The translations under genes were made by a program, and so were the position numbers. The notes beneath the pieces were generated by a model. The model was given only the letters and a program-made list of their open reading frames with translations. It had not been told where the DNA came from and made no database searches. A stretch of DNA of 64,000 nucleotides from the sequence record NC_048046.1; one strand, 5' to 3'. The stretch's first letter is position 1. Every line of letters begins with the position of its first letter. Shown here piece after piece: positions 49,133 to 59,470 of the stretch.

Positions 49133-49426
49133 ATGTCGCACGTCTATGACATCGAATATACCGACACGTTCGCCGGGGAGGCGAATTACTCATGGGTTCG
49201 CCGGGCGACCGTGACCATGCCAGAGCTAACCCATTACGGGTATGACGGCGGTTCGAACTACTCCAAGGCGAACAAGGTTTTTAACCGCGAACTCATGAAG
49301 CGCGCCAAGGCCGCCATGGGCCTGACGGGCGTCAAGGGCGTCTCGACCACGCACGGGGACACCCTGGAGTTTCGCCCCTACGGCTCCGCGACGGTCCTTT
49401 TCGCCAACTATCGCGAAATAGACTGA
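49133..49426 (+). CDS. cassette gene, TDTFxGEANYSWV-motif protein
   Basis: Leader family A plus RBS; motif recognised by eye. Confidence 0.75.
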   Translation: MSHVYDIEYTDTFAGEANYSWVRRATVTMPELTHYGYDGGSNYSKANKVFNRELMKRAKAAMGLTGVKGVSTTHGDTLEFRPYGSATVLFANYREID

Positions 49427-49491
49427 CCACGACGCCCGGCGCCTGGACGGCCGCCGGGCGTTCGCTTGCCCAGCCCGTTAACCATGTTTTT

Positions 49492-49562
49492 GAAAAGCGC
49501 CCAGCCTCGCCGTAGCGCCCCTACGGTTCGAAGAGCCCGGCCCCGCCGGTCCCGCCGGCTAC
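49492..49562 (-). ncRNA. putative structured small RNA, copy 2
   Basis: 59 nt identical to copy 4; downstream of the minus box 49586. Confidence 0.65.
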
Positions 49563-49689
49563 AGGTCCAATCTAGCGCTCATTCCTTAACAAACCGTAAA
49601 CGCGAGAATCTTTTTCGTGTTTACCTTTTGTTAAGAAATAGGGTCTAGTGTTCTCGTGTCGGGCGGATCGGCCGCCCTGGAGAACCTGA

Positions 49690-51630
49690 ATGCAAAACAT
49701 GCCCAAGCATGACCGCGAAGTCATCTGCGCCATCGTTACGCACGCCCTGGCGCTCGGCTATGAAGTCGCCTGCGCTGATACCGAACTCGACTGGACGACT
49801 GACCCGGCCGCGATCTTCGCCGACCTCGGCGAGTGCGACGAAGAGCGAATCAGCTTCCGCAAGCCCGGCGACCCGACGCGCAAGCATTGGGTTTATCTGG
49901 TCTACGGGAACGGGGAAGGCGAAACCGTCTGCGACTACCGCGCCGACGCTGAAACCCGCGAAATCCTCGCCGTCGCCGACGCCCTGGCCAGCGTGCAAGA
50001 CATGGAAGCGCTCGCGCTCCAGCACCGCAAGCCCTTCACGGAAGACGTGGGCGGCGACCTGCAACTGTCCATCGCCTGGACCGGGACTGGTTTCATGTAC
50101 GGGCTCGCCCGTGGCCCGGACGCGCCTTCGCTGGACCTTCGGCGCCTGCAAGCGGTGTCTTGGCTCGCCACGCGCCCCGCCGACGACTACCGGAGCGCCG
50201 CCACCGTTGACCAAGTCGTCGCGGTCATGGCGGAAGTCGACAAGGTCCCGCACCTGATCGAACGCGCCGCCTAAATCGAACGCCCCGGAATCTTTTTCCG
50301 GGGCGTTTACCTCTTGTTAAGAAATAGCCGTTAGGTTGCTCTTGTGGCGGGACGGTCCCGCCCTGGAGAAGACCCGATGAACGAAGCCCAAACCAACGCC
50401 GCCGCCGCGATCAAGACCACGGGTGAAACGATCCTGGCGAAGATCGAAGCGGCCCGCGCGGAAGTCGCGGCGAACCCGCACCTCGCCGGCCAATTCTACC
50501 TTGTCGCCGACACGGGCGGCGGTCTGGTCGTGAACTCGGACGGCGCGCACGGCTACCGCCTGAGCGGCATGTTTAGCCCCCTGACTCTGGCCTTCGACGC
50601 CACCGCCAAGGAAGAGGCCTATAAATTCGCCGGTCACTGGAATCGCCGCATAACGCCGGCTCAACGGGCCTCGCGCTGCACCGTCACCGTGACGACCCGT
50701 GAGGAGGCCTGGAGCGCCCTCGAAAAGTCCTGGCGCGAAACCTTCGCCATGATCGAAGCCGCCAAGAAAGACTAAGGCGAGCGCCCCGGCCGAAAAGCCG
50801 GGGCGTTTACCTCTTGTTAAGAAATACCCTCTACAGTCCAACTTGTCGGCGCATCCCGCGCCCTGGAGCAAGTCCCATGCGTAAGCCTCGCCTGTATTTC
50901 GAATATTACGGCGTCACCGTCTGGCGCAACACGTCGCCCGGCTTCGCCCTGCGCTGGAGTGGCGGCGGGTACGCGGCCGACACCCAAGAGGGAATCCGCC
51001 GCCTGATCCGTGAGGGTCGATGAGCAACGCCGCCCGCGCCGAAAAATGGATCGGCCGCGTTGAGCAAGGAGTCGGCCGCGCCCTCGAAAGAGCGGCGCGG
51101 TCCCGGCCCTTCGCTATCGAGGCGGAGGCCGCCCCGTTCCTGGCGACCTTCAAGCGTCAGGCCGCCGGACATGCCGCGCGCGCCCAGACCCTGGCCAGCC
51201 AAGGCGACCGCGTCGGCGCCTTGGTCGAGGCGGGACACGCGCAACGGTGCGCCGCGAACCACGCGAGAATTTTGGAGGCCGTCGACTCCGTCTTAACCTC
51301 TTGTTAAGAAATAGGGGCTAGGTTGCTCTTGTGGCGGGACGGTCCCGCCCTGGAGAACCTGAGATGAGCACCCTTCCCGTTCGGACCCTGGCGCAAATCG
51401 GTCACCTGACTTGGGTGGCCACGCGCAAAGGCGCCGGCTTCGATGCGGCGTTCGCCGATAGTGACGACGCTATCCGCCACGCCATGAACACGGGCGGCAA
51501 CGTCGGCCACACCCTCCTAGGCTGGATTGACATGTTCAGCCCTTCGGCGACGTTCGAAGAGAACCAACGGCAGGTCGCGGCCTTCCTCGAACGCGGCGAC
51601 GAATTCGACCGCGTCATGGGCCAAGGCTAA
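49690..51630 (+). CDS. cassette genes (49690-50274, 50377-50775, 50877-51023, 51020-51307, 51364-51630)
   Basis: Each, except 51020, follows a box, leader hairpin and CCTGGAG RBS; terminators at about 50281, 50782, 51637. Confidence 0.75.
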
Positions 51631-51698
51631 GCCAAGCGCCCCGGCAGAAAAGCCGGGGCGTTTACCTTTTGTTAAGAAATACCCTCTAAGGTGATCAC

Positions 51699-51768
51699 GT
51701 ACCCGGCAGGACCGGGCGGGCCGGGCTCTTCGAACCGTAGGGGCACAACGGCGGGGCTGCGCGTTTTT
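51699..51768 (+). ncRNA. putative structured small RNA, copy 3
   Basis: Occupies an entire cassette slot between box 51661 and box 51794, has no RBS or ORF and ends in a T-run. Confidence 0.7.
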
Positions 51769-51862
51769 CAGCGCCTCGAAAAAGTTCACCGCGTTAACGT
51801 CTTGTTAAGAAATAGCGCCTAGGGTGGCTGTGTGGCGGGACGGTCCCGCCGGAGAAAACGAC

Positions 51863-53379
51863 ATGACCACGCAAGCCGCCCTCGCCGCCCGCCTGGACCG
51901 CGCCGCCCGGATCATCCGGGGCGAAGTCGCCGCCTCCAAGCGGAAAGAACGCAAGGCCCGCCGCGCGTTTTCCCGCGCCCTCGCCGGCATGGACATTCCG
52001 ACCTATGTCGCTTGGCTGAACGATCCGGCCGACTCCTTCGCCCTTACCGACGACGTCGCCCATTGGGCGCAAATCGGAATCACGAACGCCGCGCAACTCG
52101 GCGACTACCTGAACGGGTGCGTTCGTCGGGAAATGGAAAAGGACGCTCGCAACGGTTATTGCGATGACGCCTTTGACGACTACGCCGAACGCGGCGGCTA
52201 CGGCGGCGGCGATGACGGGGAGGGCTACACCTTCGACCGCGACCGCGCCGAAGGGATCGCCGCCGACAAGGCCAAGCGCGACGCCATGCACGAAGACATG
52301 CCGTTTTAACGGTTTGTTAAGAAATAGCGTCTAGAACGAAACCACGGGCGGCGGATCGGCCGCCGCCCGGACCTTCGGAGCCCCGAAAATGTTCCTCTGG
52401 ATTTGGACCGTCGCCACCGACGAACTGACCCCCGCCTATAAGAACCCGCCGGCCGTCGCGCCGGAAGGTTGCCTTTTCCTCATGGCGGCAAACCAACGCC
52501 AAGCGGAACGCGCCCGCGACCTCGCCAAGGCCGCCGGCTAAACCCCTCAATCTGGAGCGCAAGCCCATGACGCAACGCTACCGCCTCGCCGATCAAATCA
52601 AGGTCGCGAACGAGGTTTCGAATCTACTCTATTCGGCCTCCGACGTCGTCGCCGTCGCTGCGCAGTACGAAACGACGCCCGCCGGTCAAGCCAAGCTCGC
52701 CAAGCTGCGAAGCGACCTCATCGGCATGAGCGCCGGCGCCCTGACGCACAAGCCGCCGGCCGCCGTGCTCGAAACCCTCGTTTGGGTTGTCGAGTTGGCG
52801 CAAGATCGCGCTACCGGCGCGGACTTCAACACGCCGCAAGAGGCCCTGGACGAACACGACGCCTTAGCCTTCGTTTGCGACTGGCTGAAGGCTCAAGGTC
52901 AGGACGTGTCGCCGATCATCGGCGCGCAACCGTCTTCCGAAGCGCTCGCTAAGTTGGTAGCGGCTCGCGACGCCGCACAAGCTGAACTCGACGCGCTGGA
53001 GGTTCCGGCCCTGCCTGAAGCGGTTGACGTCGTCGCCGACGTTCTCCGCTACAAGGACGCCCAAGGCGACGCGGACGACGTCCTTTCCGCCCTGGCGCGC
53101 GCCGGCTTCAAGGTCGTTCGGGAAGGGGAGGCCTAGCCTATGGCGCAAACCTTCCCCCACGTGCTGGCGTCGCAGCACTTCCCCGGCCGGGGCGCTACGG
53201 CGCCCGGATCGGTCGTCCTTCGCGACCTAGGCCCGACCGCGCCGCATCGCTACGTCACCCACTTCCGCAACGAAGAGGACCCGGCGAAGCCGTATCACGT
53301 CATGGGCCACTATTTCGCCGAAGACGAGGAAGCGGACGCACAAGCCGATTTCCGTAAACGCTGCGCTCGCGGCTACTGA
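51863..53379 (+). CDS. cassette genes (51863-52309, 52567-53136, 53140-53379)
   Basis: Boxes 51794 and 52306, leader hairpins, RBS. Confidence 0.7.
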
Positions 53380-53407
53380 TCAACCCTCAGGACAAGGAGT
53401 CCAGACC

Positions 53408-53599
53408 ATGACCGACAAGACCCCCGCCAAGCCGAAGAAAGCGCCCGCCAAGGCCAAGGCCGCCCCGGCTCCGAAGGAAGCCGCCGCCGCGCCCAAGACG
53501 CCCCGCAAGGCCAAGGCCGCCCCGGCTCCGGCCGCTCCGCGTCCGAAGGTGCGCGGCCTGAAAGCCGCCCTTTTCGGGGGCGCGTTCAACCGCCTGTAA
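53408..53599 (+). CDS. 63-aa Lys/Ala/Pro-rich histone-H1-like protein
   Basis: AAGGAG RBS; KAKAAPAP repeated twice, PAKPKK. Confidence 0.7.
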   Translation: MTDKTPAKPKKAPAKAKAAPAPKEAAAAPKTPRKAKAAPAPAAPRPKVRGLKAALFGGAFNRL

Positions 53600-53692
53600 A
53601 ACTTCCCGGCGTTTACCTCTTGTTAAGAAATAGGAGGTAGAACATAAACACGGGCGGCGGATCGGCCGCCGCCCGAACTCCCTGGAGGCCCC

Positions 53693-54376
53693 ATGGCCCG
53701 TAAGCTGACTCTCTCGCTGCTCGCGAACCCCGATTTGAGCATGGCGAACGTCACGACCACGTCGCAGCGTATCGAGGACTGGACCGACACCCTTTATCCC
53801 GAAGACGGGAGCGAAGGCGCTGAAATCGTCCTGCCGCCGGTCACGTTCGGCGCCGTGTATGAGCGCGCCGAAGACCTGCTGACCAAGTCGCAGCAACGCA
53901 CCGCCGAACGGTCCCCGAATCGCGAAGTCTCGCCCGACCTCGCCGAACGTTTCGAGGGGAGCGACGGCCACGACGAATGGCGGGCGTCGTTTGACCCCAT
54001 GATGAACTATGTTTGGCCGGTCGCGCTTCCCTACCGCGCCGAAGCCTCGCAAGTCGCCGCGCTGCTGCAAGAATTCTGCCCGGTCATGACTCTGGTCAAC
54101 TTCGGCGACGACTCGCCGTTCTGCTCCGAGTCCCACGCCTTCGCGCTCTCGGGCGGCGGAATGAACCTCGCCGACCAAATCGCGACGGCCTATCTCTGCG
54201 CCGGCGTCGTTCCGCCCTCGTCTCTGCTGGAATCGCTCCCCGGCGTGATCAGCGATTATCAACGCGACAAGGTCGCCCCGGTCCTGCGCAAGGCCTATCG
54301 GAAAGCCGCCGATTACCACGCGTACCGGGCTAAGGCGATCCGCCGGGAAGCCGGCCGCGTCTTCACCAAGTCCTAA
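53693..54376 (+). CDS. cassette gene, hypothetical (LSGGGM.LA..I..AY motif)
   Basis: Box 53612, leader family B, CTGGAGG RBS; terminator near 54385-54410. Confidence 0.75.
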   Translation: MARKLTLSLLANPDLSMANVTTTSQRIEDWTDTLYPEDGSEGAEIVLPPVTFGAVYERAEDLLTKSQQRTAERSPNREVSPDLAERFEGSDGHDEWRASFDPMMNYVWPVALPYRAEASQVAALLQEFCPVMTLVNFGDDSPFCSESHAFALSGGGMNLADQIATAYLCAGVVPPSSLLESLPGVISDYQRDKVAPVLRKAYRKAADYHAYRAKAIRREAGRVFTKS

Positions 54377-54439
54377 GCCTGGAGGCCCGGCGCACCCCGC
54401 CGGGCCTTTAGCGTGTCTGGCGCGTTAACCATGTTCTAG

Positions 54440-54509
54440 AATTGCGGGCAGGTTCGCCGTAGCGCCCCTACGGTTCGAAGAGCCCGGCCCCGCCGGTCCC
54501 GCCGGCTAC
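54440..54509 (-). ncRNA. putative structured small RNA, copy 4
   Basis: 59 nt identical to copy 2; downstream of the minus box 54534. Confidence 0.65.
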
Positions 54510-54635
54510 AGGACTCACCCTAGACCCTATTCCTTAACAAACCGTAAACGTGAAAAAGAATCTCGCGTTAACCTCTTGTTAAGAAATACCCCCTATGGTC
54601 CTCTCGACGGCGCACCCCGCGCCCTGGAGTCTGAC

Positions 54636-55241
54636 ATGACCCTTCCGACCCTTTACCTTCGCCGCGAACCGACGTCGCAAGGCGTCCCGAACGTCGATGA
54701 CTCGCCGGAGCGTTTCGACATCGTGGCCTATCGCGACAAGGCGATGACTGACGCCGCCGGCCGCTGGCCTTGGTTCTATCAGTCCAAGCCCCGCAAGGGC
54801 GCGAAAACCGTCATGCTCAATTGCATGCGTCACCGCGCCGCGTGGCGCCCCGATCATCACGGCGAAACCCCGTTCATGCTGGAAACGCGCCGCGCCATGA
54901 CGGCCGCGACGATGCAAATGGACGCCCTGATTTCCCGCCTGCACGCCGAAGGCCGTAAGCTGGCGCTCGCCGGGACCGTGGCCTATTCCAAGGCGCACCC
55001 GCGCCGAACGGTGACGTTCGTTAGCGCCATGGGCTCCAATTGCCTGCACGTCACGCCGGGCGGGACGTCCTATCGCGGCGAATACCAACTGACCACGGGC
55101 GACCATGGCGACTACCCGCCGCCGGCCTGGATGGAAGAGCTAGACCGCCTTTGCGACGACTACCGACTCGGGACGTTCCCGGATAACCTCAAGGTCGTGT
55201 GCAAGGGTGGAAAGATCATCGAGCAAGTTTCCAACTGGTAA
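54636..55241 (+). CDS. cassette gene, hypothetical
   Basis: Box 54568, leader family A, RBS. Confidence 0.7.
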   Translation: MTLPTLYLRREPTSQGVPNVDDSPERFDIVAYRDKAMTDAAGRWPWFYQSKPRKGAKTVMLNCMRHRAAWRPDHHGETPFMLETRRAMTAATMQMDALISRLHAEGRKLALAGTVAYSKAHPRRTVTFVSAMGSNCLHVTPGGTSYRGEYQLTTGDHGDYPPPAWMEELDRLCDDYRLGTFPDNLKVVCKGGKIIEQVSNW

Positions 55242-55307
55242 CCTTTTGTTAAGAAATAGCCGGTAGGTTCATCCCTGCCGGCGCATCCCGCGCCCCTGGA
55301 GTCGAAC

Positions 55308-55958
55308 ATGCCCCGCACCGTCACTAAGGAAGTTTTCCAGTACGACGAACTGACGCCGAAGGCCCAAGAAAAGGCCCGCGACTGGTTCCGCGACATGCTG
55401 GACCGCACCGCCGATAACGAATTCGCCGAACCCGTCATGGAAGAGGCCGAACGCGTCGCCGGCATGCTCGGAATCACCTTCAAGCCGACGCGCGGCGGTG
55501 ATCCGGTATCGTGGTCGGGCTTCTACAGCCAAGGCGACGGCGCCAGCTTCGAGGGCCGTTACGCGGCCCCGGAAAAGCCGGCTTTCGAGACGATCAAGGC
55601 CGAATTCCCTACGGAATTGAAGTTGCAAGCCATAGCGGCCGAACTGGACGCCTTCCAAGATCGCCACGGCCGCCGACTGGTCGCGGACATCACCCGCAAC
55701 GGCCGGAGCAACTACGTTCACGCCTATACCGTCGATATCGACGTTTGCGAGCAAGACGAGGCCGCCGACGACGGACTCGTTAACGTTTCGCCGACGACCG
55801 AAAAGGCCATCGCCGACGAACTGCGCAATTTCATGGGCTGGATTTGGGATCAACTCCGCGAAGCCTATGAAGGCGACCGCGAGGACGAAACCGTCGCCGA
55901 CAATATCCGCGCCAACGAATACGAATTTGAGGCGGACGGAACCCGGACCCGCGACTAA
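55308..55958 (+). CDS. cassette gene, WSGFxSQGDGASF-family protein (often auto-annotated as antitoxin; function unproven)
   Basis: VFQYDEL...AQEKARDW, WSGFYSQGDGASFEG, I.ANEYEF..DG. Confidence 0.7.
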   Translation: MPRTVTKEVFQYDELTPKAQEKARDWFRDMLDRTADNEFAEPVMEEAERVAGMLGITFKPTRGGDPVSWSGFYSQGDGASFEGRYAAPEKPAFETIKAEFPTELKLQAIAAELDAFQDRHGRRLVADITRNGRSNYVHAYTVDIDVCEQDEAADDGLVNVSPTTEKAIADELRNFMGWIWDQLREAYEGDREDETVADNIRANEYEFEADGTRTRD

Positions 55959-56008
55959 CGCAACCCGGCCGGCGCTTCGGCGCCGGCCTAGCCTGGAAAG
56001 GCCCCGCA

Positions 56009-58595
56009 ATGAACATGGCTCGCAAAGAACACGCCGGAAGCTACCAAATCGGGATTTGGGGCGTTGAGCGCATCCGACGCGGCGTCTGGGAAGCCCGCGC
56101 CAACGGGCCGGGTACGCTTGGCGACGGCTCGCCGCATACGTATCCGACGCTCGACGCGGCGCACCTCGCCTTGACCGGCGAGCCCCGGCGAGAAATTCGC
56201 GGCTCTTAACCTGTTGTTAAGAAATAGCCGCTAACCTCTAATCATCGAACAACGGGAGACACCCCCCATGATGACCAACCCTCACGCCCTGGCGATCCTC
56301 GCCGCCGCAAACAAGATTCTTCCCCTGACGCACCTGCACCCGTGCGACCAACGCGCGCCGGCCGTCGATATCATCGGCGACCTGTTCAAGATCGCCGACG
56401 ACATCGACGCCGCCGCCCCGGCTTCGGCCGTGACCCTGCCGGCCGGTAACGAGACGCTGGCGAAGCTGGGCGCCGCCGTCGCCCTGGCGCGCCTGGAACT
56501 CGAAAGCGCCTATCAGCGGACCGAAAGCATTAGCGAGCGCCACCGCCTCGCGCCGCTCATCGCCACCATGTCGGACGCCCTCAAGGCGTACCGCGCCGAC
56601 CCGGCGACGCCCAAGGCTCCGGCCGCGCCCCTGCCGCACGCCTTCGCCACCATTCCGGACGGTTCGGCCCTGCAACGCGCCACCGCCGCCGGTATCGCGA
56701 TCTTTCAGGCCGAAGGCTCGACGTTCTACACGCCCGGCCCGTCCGCCAACTTCACCCGCGACGACTGGCGCGGCCCGTACTACGGCGCGGCCGAAGCCGC
56801 CCGCGCCGCCCTGGCCGAACGCAACGGGAAGGCGGCCTAAGCCATGCTGAATCCGATCCTTCGCGAACGGCGCGAGCCGGTCGATATCGTCCTAGACGCC
56901 CTCAAGGGCCGTATGGGCGAAGCCGACGCTTCGGAGGCCTGCGACTCCGTGTTCCTGGCCCTGCAAAACGAGGGTTACGCCGTCGCCCCCTTCACGATTG
57001 AAGGCCGCCGCCTCACGCAAACGGATACGGGCGTCAAGCTGGGCGACGCGCTCCGGACGCTCTTCGAAGCGGTCCCGAACTACGCCGTTCGGTCGCAACG
57101 TCTCGCCGACGCCGTGAGCGTCGCTAGCGGGTACGTCTATCAACCCCGGTATCGCTTCCTCGCCGACGACGGCACGGGCGCGGCGATCCTGACCAACTGC
57201 GACGACGGCCGGAGCGTTTATTTCCAGCCCGGCCCGGACGCCGACGAGGCCCGCGCCGAATTCGAGCGTTCGCAGTACACCGACGAGACGGCCGAAGGCT
57301 TCGGCGTCGCCGGCCTCTGGCGCGCCAAGGCCGCCGCCTATTTCAATGACGATCCGGAAGGGCTCTAGCCGATGAGCTACGACACGAAGACTCTCGCCGC
57401 GCAAACGATCATCGACGCGCACACCGCCGGCCGTGGCCTGGAGGAAGGCCAAAGTCGGGCAACCGACCTCTACCACGTTCTCGACTCGCTGCTGACGTGG
57501 AGCGACTTCCACGGCGTGGACTTTGACGCCACGCTTTCGGAGCTACGCGCCGACCTCGCCGAAGAGCCGCCTTGCGCCGGCAATGTCGGCCGGGTCGTCA
57601 TCACGCTGGAAACCGGCGAAGGCGCCCGCGAGGAATTCGTGTCGCGTCACTACACGATTGCCGAAGCCGTCGCCGCCCTGGATGGCCCCGGTATCGACGC
57701 CAAGGCCCGGCATGAGGGCCGTTACACAATCGCCGCGCCGCACGGGCTGGGCTCGGACCTTGAAGCCGTCCCCCTGGCGCGCAAGCTGGGCTATCAGGGC
57801 AAGGATTGCCCCGCCGCCGCCTTCGCCTTCCTCTCTACCCGGATTCCCTGATCATGGCCAAGCGCAAGCCCTACACCCCGAACCCGTTCGCCCGCTACAG
57901 CGTCGGCGGCCTCTCCGCCGAAGCCAAGGCCGCCCGCCGGCCTTCCCTGGCCTGCCTTCGCGCCATCGTCCGGGAAGCCGCCGCGCTAAAGGCCGAAGCC
58001 GTGGCGCGCCTCGCTGATCAACGGTGGATGCGCGGCGCCTCGCTCATGGCGCAAAGCTGGACCCGTGACAACGCGGCGATGAGCGTTCACGCCCTAGCCC
58101 GGAAGAACCTCGAATATCTCCGGATGCGAGCGCACCTCACGGTTTCGCCAGAGCGGGCCGGCTCCTACGCGCCCGCCGGCTGGCCTATCGACCGCCCGGC
58201 CCTGGAAAAGTGGCAAGCCCTCAACCCGCCGCCCCCGGCCCGTGACTATGACTCGCTCATCGGCCGCGCCGCCCGCGCCTCCGGCTGGGCTTAAGGAAAG
58301 GATTCCCATGTCGGACCTGATCAAGCTCAACCCCGAACCCGCCAACATGACCGCCGTCAAGCTGGGCGCCGTCATCCTGTATTTCAGCTATCAGACCCTT
58401 GTCGGGTTCCGTTGCCCGCATCTGGGCACGGTGTCCAATCCGGACGGCAAGGGCTACGGCCGAACGACCGCCGGCCACATGACGAAATTCGGCCTCGCCA
58501 GCGCTCGGACCACGGCGACGGAATCGGATTTCCAGACGCTCGCGCTTCGGGCCGTTCAAGGCCACGTCCGCGACATCGGCGAATTGCTGATCTAG
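56009..58595 (+). CDS. cassette genes (56009-56209, 56268-56840, 56844-57368, 57372-57851, 57854-58294, 58308-58595)
   Basis: ORF track, close packing, box 56206. Confidence 0.65.
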
Positions 58596-58609
58596 TCGCG
58601 CCCGTTCAA

Positions 58610-58710
58610 GAGTCACGTTTCAGGCCTAACCTGACTCCAACAGAGTCACATTTTCCCGAAACCGTGACTCCGCCTCGATTTCCCGTCACGTTCTGGTCTA
58701 AACGTGACTC
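58610..58710. repeat. AAAYGTGACTC (GANTC) cluster 2
   Basis: Five GANTC at 58610, 58633, 58643, 58666, 58706; the outer pair forms an exact 11-bp inverted repeat. Confidence 0.85.
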
Positions 58711-58743
58711 GTCCTAGTTCCTCAGTAAAAACAAGGAGTTATC

Positions 58744-58818
58744 TTGCGCTTCATCGAACACATGCTTGAAGGTTCCGGCGTCCTTTTCGCAATCGTCATC
58801 CTTTTCCTGCTGCATTAA
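58744..58818 (+). CDS. 24-aa hydrophobic peptide MRFIEHMLEGSGVLFAIVILFLLH
   Basis: AAGGAG 5 nt before TTG; stop lies inside box 58815; not in the ORF track. Confidence 0.5.
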   Translation: MRFIEHMLEGSGVLFAIVILFLLH

Positions 58819-58901
58819 CCTCTTGTTAAGAAATAGCGGGTAGAGGTAGAGGGGTCAGGCGCACACCGCGCCGGCCCCTCTTTCTGTTGGAGCGCAGACC
58901 A

Positions 58902-59393
58902 ATGCCCGACTACAAGACGAACGACCCCAAGGGCTACATGGGCGACCCCCGCCGGGGCGCCGCCATGGGCCGTCCGACCTACGCGCCGGACGCCGCCGGC
59001 TGGACCGTGGAAGGCCTGAAGACGGCCGCCGCCCTCGAAGAGGACCGCGCCCGGATCGCCGAAGAGCAACGCGAGAACCGCCCCGGCGACGGCTATAAGC
59101 GCCAGTGCTGGGAAGCCGCCGCCGCGTCGTTCCGCAAGGAAGCCGAACGCCTCCGCTCGCTCATCCCGGCCGCCCGCGCCATGCTCGCCGCCTCGCCGAA
59201 GATCACCCTTCAACGCGTCCGCCTGGACTCGGGCGGCTACGACCGCAACGGGACCTATTTCGGGCATGACCTCCCCCTGTATTGGGCGGCGGACGAATCC
59301 GGCGACTATGACGCGACGTTCCGCGCCGCCGACCGCAACGCGGCGAAGGCCATCGTTCGCGAGACGTACCCCGCCGCCCGCTTCTACAACTAG
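58902..59393 (+). CDS. cassette gene, VRLxSGGYD..G.YFG..PLYWA-motif protein
   Basis: Box 58815, GGAG RBS; motif recognised by eye. Confidence 0.75.
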   Translation: MPDYKTNDPKGYMGDPRRGAAMGRPTYAPDAAGWTVEGLKTAAALEEDRARIAEEQRENRPGDGYKRQCWEAAAASFRKEAERLRSLIPAARAMLAASPKITLQRVRLDSGGYDRNGTYFGHDLPLYWAADESGDYDATFRAADRNAAKAIVRETYPAARFYN

Positions 59394-59470
59394 CCGGCGT
59401 TAAGGGGTTGTTAAGAAATAGCCGGTAGGGTCACACCTACCGGCGCACCCCGCGCCCTGGAGAAAATCGG

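Noticed and set aside
49492-49562. HDV-like or theta ribozyme, or tRNA fragment (GGTTCGAA T-loop on the opposite strand)
   Set aside because: No nested P1/P3/P1.1 topology can be built, there is no cloverleaf, and G-U pairs and promoter direction favour the other strand.
49466-49648. Peptide ORF (AQPRRSAPTVRRAR) encoded by the four-copy element
   Set aside because: It is antisense to the promoters, has no RBS, and copy 4 has an immediate stop (ATG TTC TAG); the variation preserves base pairs rather than codons.
55308-55958. Bona fide toxin-antitoxin module
   Set aside because: The family label is an automated annotation, and no recognisable toxin gene is adjacent.
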